DNA of 64,000 nucleotides from Candidatus Latescibacterota bacterium (lineage in GTDB: Bacteria; Latescibacterota; UBA2968; SICM01), in assembly GCA_965217865.1 (NCBI GenBank), contig CBDCJO010000002.1, positions 2,592,001 to 2,656,000 on the forward strand, written 5' to 3'. Positions 61,669 to 64,000 of this stretch are shown in pieces. The translations under genes were made by a program, and so were the position numbers. Numbering within the stretch: position 1 is the first letter of the stretch; the number at the start of each line of letters is the position of its first letter. The notes under the pieces are model-generated. The model was not told the DNA's origin, made no database searches, and was given only the letters and a program-made list of their open reading frames with translations.

Positions 61669-63633
61669 TTATCCTTCCGGCCGGACGGTTACGGAAAGGA
61701 CATCCTCCGCCGGTAGATCGACGCGGACGGTCAGAACCGTGTATTTCCCGTCATCACTTTCCACGGCAGACTCCAGGTGTCCCTCGTTTGAGATATACTT
61801 TCCACTCGGGAGGACGAAAGTCAGCTTTGCTTTCGGAAGGGACTCCTTCAGGGTGTTGGTGATTGTCGCGGTGACATTGGATTGTGATCCGTCGTTGGCA
61901 GGTGTGTAGGTCACCCCCAGGGGGAAATCCCCCCGGTTGAACGGGAATCCCCACTGTGATCCCTGATAGGTGCATGACACGACTCTACTGTCCTGGAAAC
62001 GGACGAGCCTGAAGCTCGACTTCCCCACCCGTTGAGTCGGTGTTTTTCCGATCAGCATCACCTTGTTCCCGGGTCCGTGTCCGTCCTGGATCATCCGGAT
62101 CTGGTGTTTATCCAGAAAAGATTCGACAGGGGCGTTATGTTCAAAGGCATTGATAATCTTGCACCGGACGCCTGCCCGGGATGACAGCAAAGCATCGGCC
62201 TTGGAGAGATCCACGTGCCAGGGGTGACCGAAGTTCAGGATGCAGAGATCCGGACCGAAGTCGATCAAGTCCACCGGATCCCCGTACCACCTTTCGTGGC
62301 CATAGAATTGATGATTGCCGAAAGTGATCACATAAGGCACCTGGAGATTCGAAAGCGCCCCGGACACATACGCCGGGTTCACCTCGTTGGCCACGAGGAG
62401 CATATCCGGGTCAAGGAGGTTTGCGATTTCGGCCAATCCCTCGATGTGCCCGGCCTGTTCCTGGCCCCAGGTATCGAGATGCCCGAAGGTCATGAATACA
62501 GGGTCTTTTGGGTAGGATTTCACAACGTGGACGCTGCTGGGGGAAGATAGCGTGGAGGAGGTCGACCGAATCAGATTCAACAACCACCCGAAGTAGGATT
62601 CGTTCCTTGCCGAGATCTCGAGAGACAGCTCATAGAGCCCTTCCGGGACATCCTCGGGAATTACGGCTATTATTTCCCGGTCATAATTGAACGCCGCCGT
62701 CGTGTCCTCTTCAATTTCCAGGATTCGAGACATGACGGCCGGACCGACCCGCCGTGACAGCGTTGCCTTTTCAACTTTGTTTCTGTAAACAACAACCCGG
62801 GTCCGAAAAGACTCCCCCGGCTTGCGTATGACAGGATGTCCAAGGGTTGGAAAACGAAATCCGCGAGCTCCCGCCGACCCACTGCGAAAGAGATAGACAG
62901 GCGGCAGGATCGTCTCTGCCCCGGGTGACACGGAAATACCCTCGATCCTTGAGGTCTCCCAGCCTGAGGCGCTCAGGCTCAAAGAATACCCATCTCCGGC
63001 AGGAGTCCCGGTGAGCCTGCACCCCCCGGTCAGCCAGTTCCGTACCAGGGTGTTTCGAATCTGGCGGTCTCCGCGTGTGAGCACGGCTTGAACATCGACC
63101 AGAAAAGCGTTCTCTTCGCCATTGATGCTGAACCCAAGATCGCCTGAGGATTCCTCCAGAATCAGGAATCCGGTGATTCTACAGACCCCGAAGTCCTGAT
63201 CCAGTTGGTGCTCGAGCCGCACGTTGTGTTTCCCGGGTTCAAGACCCCGGGCAAGGACGACTTCGTTTGGCACGCCACGTGGATACACGATCAGAGAGTC
63301 ACCATCATCTATGACGATGGCAAGTCTTCCCAGGTCAGGGCCTCCATAGGCGGGGACCGCATTGCCCCCAAGACGGACGGCCAGACCCGTCCCTTCAAAC
63401 GCGAAGGTGAGTGCAGCCTTGTCATCATAGGACTTGAGGAATTTGGTTTTGGATCCGCGGAAATGGCTTTCCCTCCAGTTTCCGGTGCGTTGAACGCGTT
63501 TGGAATCCAGCGCTGAGATCCAGTTCTCACCGGTCAGGAAAGGATCACCCCCCTGGGCCCAGCCAGGGGGTGCACAATAAACAGCCAGGAATATCAACAC
63601 GAGCACTGATTTTTTGGCCATATCACAATTCAT
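61669..63633 (-). CDS. Secreted multidomain hypothetical protein (beta-sandwich domains plus a degenerate metallophosphoesterase-like region)
   Basis: Signal peptide; TFGHLD, FGNH and DGHG motifs. Confidence 0.65.
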   Translation of the reverse strand: MNCDMAKKSVLVLIFLAVYCAPPGWAQGGDPFLTGENWISALDSKRVQRTGNWRESHFRGSKTKFLKSYDDKAALTFAFEGTGLAVRLGGNAVPAYGGPDLGRLAIVIDDGDSLIVYPRGVPNEVVLARGLEPGKHNVRLEHQLDQDFGVCRITGFLILEESSGDLGFSINGEENAFLVDVQAVLTRGDRQIRNTLVRNWLTGGCRLTGTPAGDGYSLSLSASGWETSRIEGISVSPGAETILPPVYLFRSGSAGARGFRFPTLGHPVIRKPGESFRTRVVVYRNKVEKATLSRRVGPAVMSRILEIEEDTTAAFNYDREIIAVIPEDVPEGLYELSLEISARNESYFGWLLNLIRSTSSTLSSPSSVHVVKSYPKDPVFMTFGHLDTWGQEQAGHIEGLAEIANLLDPDMLLVANEVNPAYVSGALSNLQVPYVITFGNHQFYGHERWYGDPVDLIDFGPDLCILNFGHPWHVDLSKADALLSSRAGVRCKIINAFEHNAPVESFLDKHQIRMIQDGHGPGNKVMLIGKTPTQRVGKSSFRLVRFQDSRVVSCTYQGSQWGFPFNRGDFPLGVTYTPANDGSQSNVTATITNTLKESLPKAKLTFVLPSGKYISNEGHLESAVESDDGKYTVLTVRVDLPAEDVLSVTVRPEG

Positions 63634-63639
63634 CTGCCA

Positions 63640-63765
63640 ATCTCCTTCTCCGGGTGTTGCACAAAAGCTTTTCCCGACCCCCGACCCCTGCCTTTGCTTT
63701 CCTGCTACTGCCACCTGCTACTGCTCTTCCCTGCCCCTGACCTTTGACCTCCGGCCTCTGCATTT
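63640..63765. repeat. Short tandem repeat mosaic
   Basis: CCCCGAC x2, CCTTTGCTTTCCTGCTACTGCC, CCTGACCTTTGACC. Confidence 0.75.
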
Positions 63766-63766
63766 T

Positions 63767-64000
63767 TCATTTTCCATTTCCCTTCATCCCCTCGACTACC
63801 GCCTGAATAAACGGCAGACGGTATTTATGAAAATTGCGCCCAGCGCTATTACGGGTCATGCTTATGACCAGATCGTTCTTCACATCGATGCGCATCGTCG
63901 CCCAAGAGGCGGCTCCGTGAGTCACCGTTCGATCGCTCGTCGCGCCGTCATAGGCCCAGTAGCAGCCCATCCCCCAGACCACCTCCGTCTCCGGACCGAT
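63767..64000 (-). CDS. 3' end of a probable serine hydrolase (beta-lactamase family), partial
   Basis: WGMG...HGAAS..MRID...DLVI.MTRN C-terminal pattern; runs off the window edge. Confidence 0.55.
   Translation of the reverse strand: MGPETEVVWGMGCYWAYDGATSDRTVTHGAASWATMRIDVKNDLVISMTRNSAGRNFHKYRLPFIQAVVEGMKGNGK

Overview
Bacterial accessory or plastic region. It is possibly from Candidatus Latescibacterota or a related uncultured lineage, judged only from the DFDxSGxVDxxDF dockerin-like protein and the gene mix. It holds one initiator tRNA-fMet, many carbohydrate and catabolic enzymes (GH10, GH36, GH78, RhaM, enolase superfamily, AKR, nitrilase, creatininase), three ECF sigma factors and two type II toxin-antitoxin pairs. 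Mobile elements include three IS1182 copies, two IS1380 copies and one IS630 remnant, alongside many truncated genes. Top candidate for a new system (53329-57023, minus strand): an ECF sigma factor translationally coupled to a 1031-aa single-chain miniature RNA polymerase beta-beta' fusion. The fusion keeps NADFDGD, both beta catalytic lysines and the sigma-binding clamp helices, but has lost the flap, the trigger loop and most peripheral domains. Other notable items: an ECF sigma fused to a FliG C-terminal-like domain, a solitary divergent EF-Tu with altered P-loop and switch I, a small GIY-YIG gene embedded in REPIN-like palindromic repeats, an HTH-ART-like protein, attC-like sites and dispersed hexa/heptamer repeat mosaics. 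Several single-base frameshifts in homopolymers suggest residual long-read errors. All family calls come from motif recognition by eye; no searches were run.
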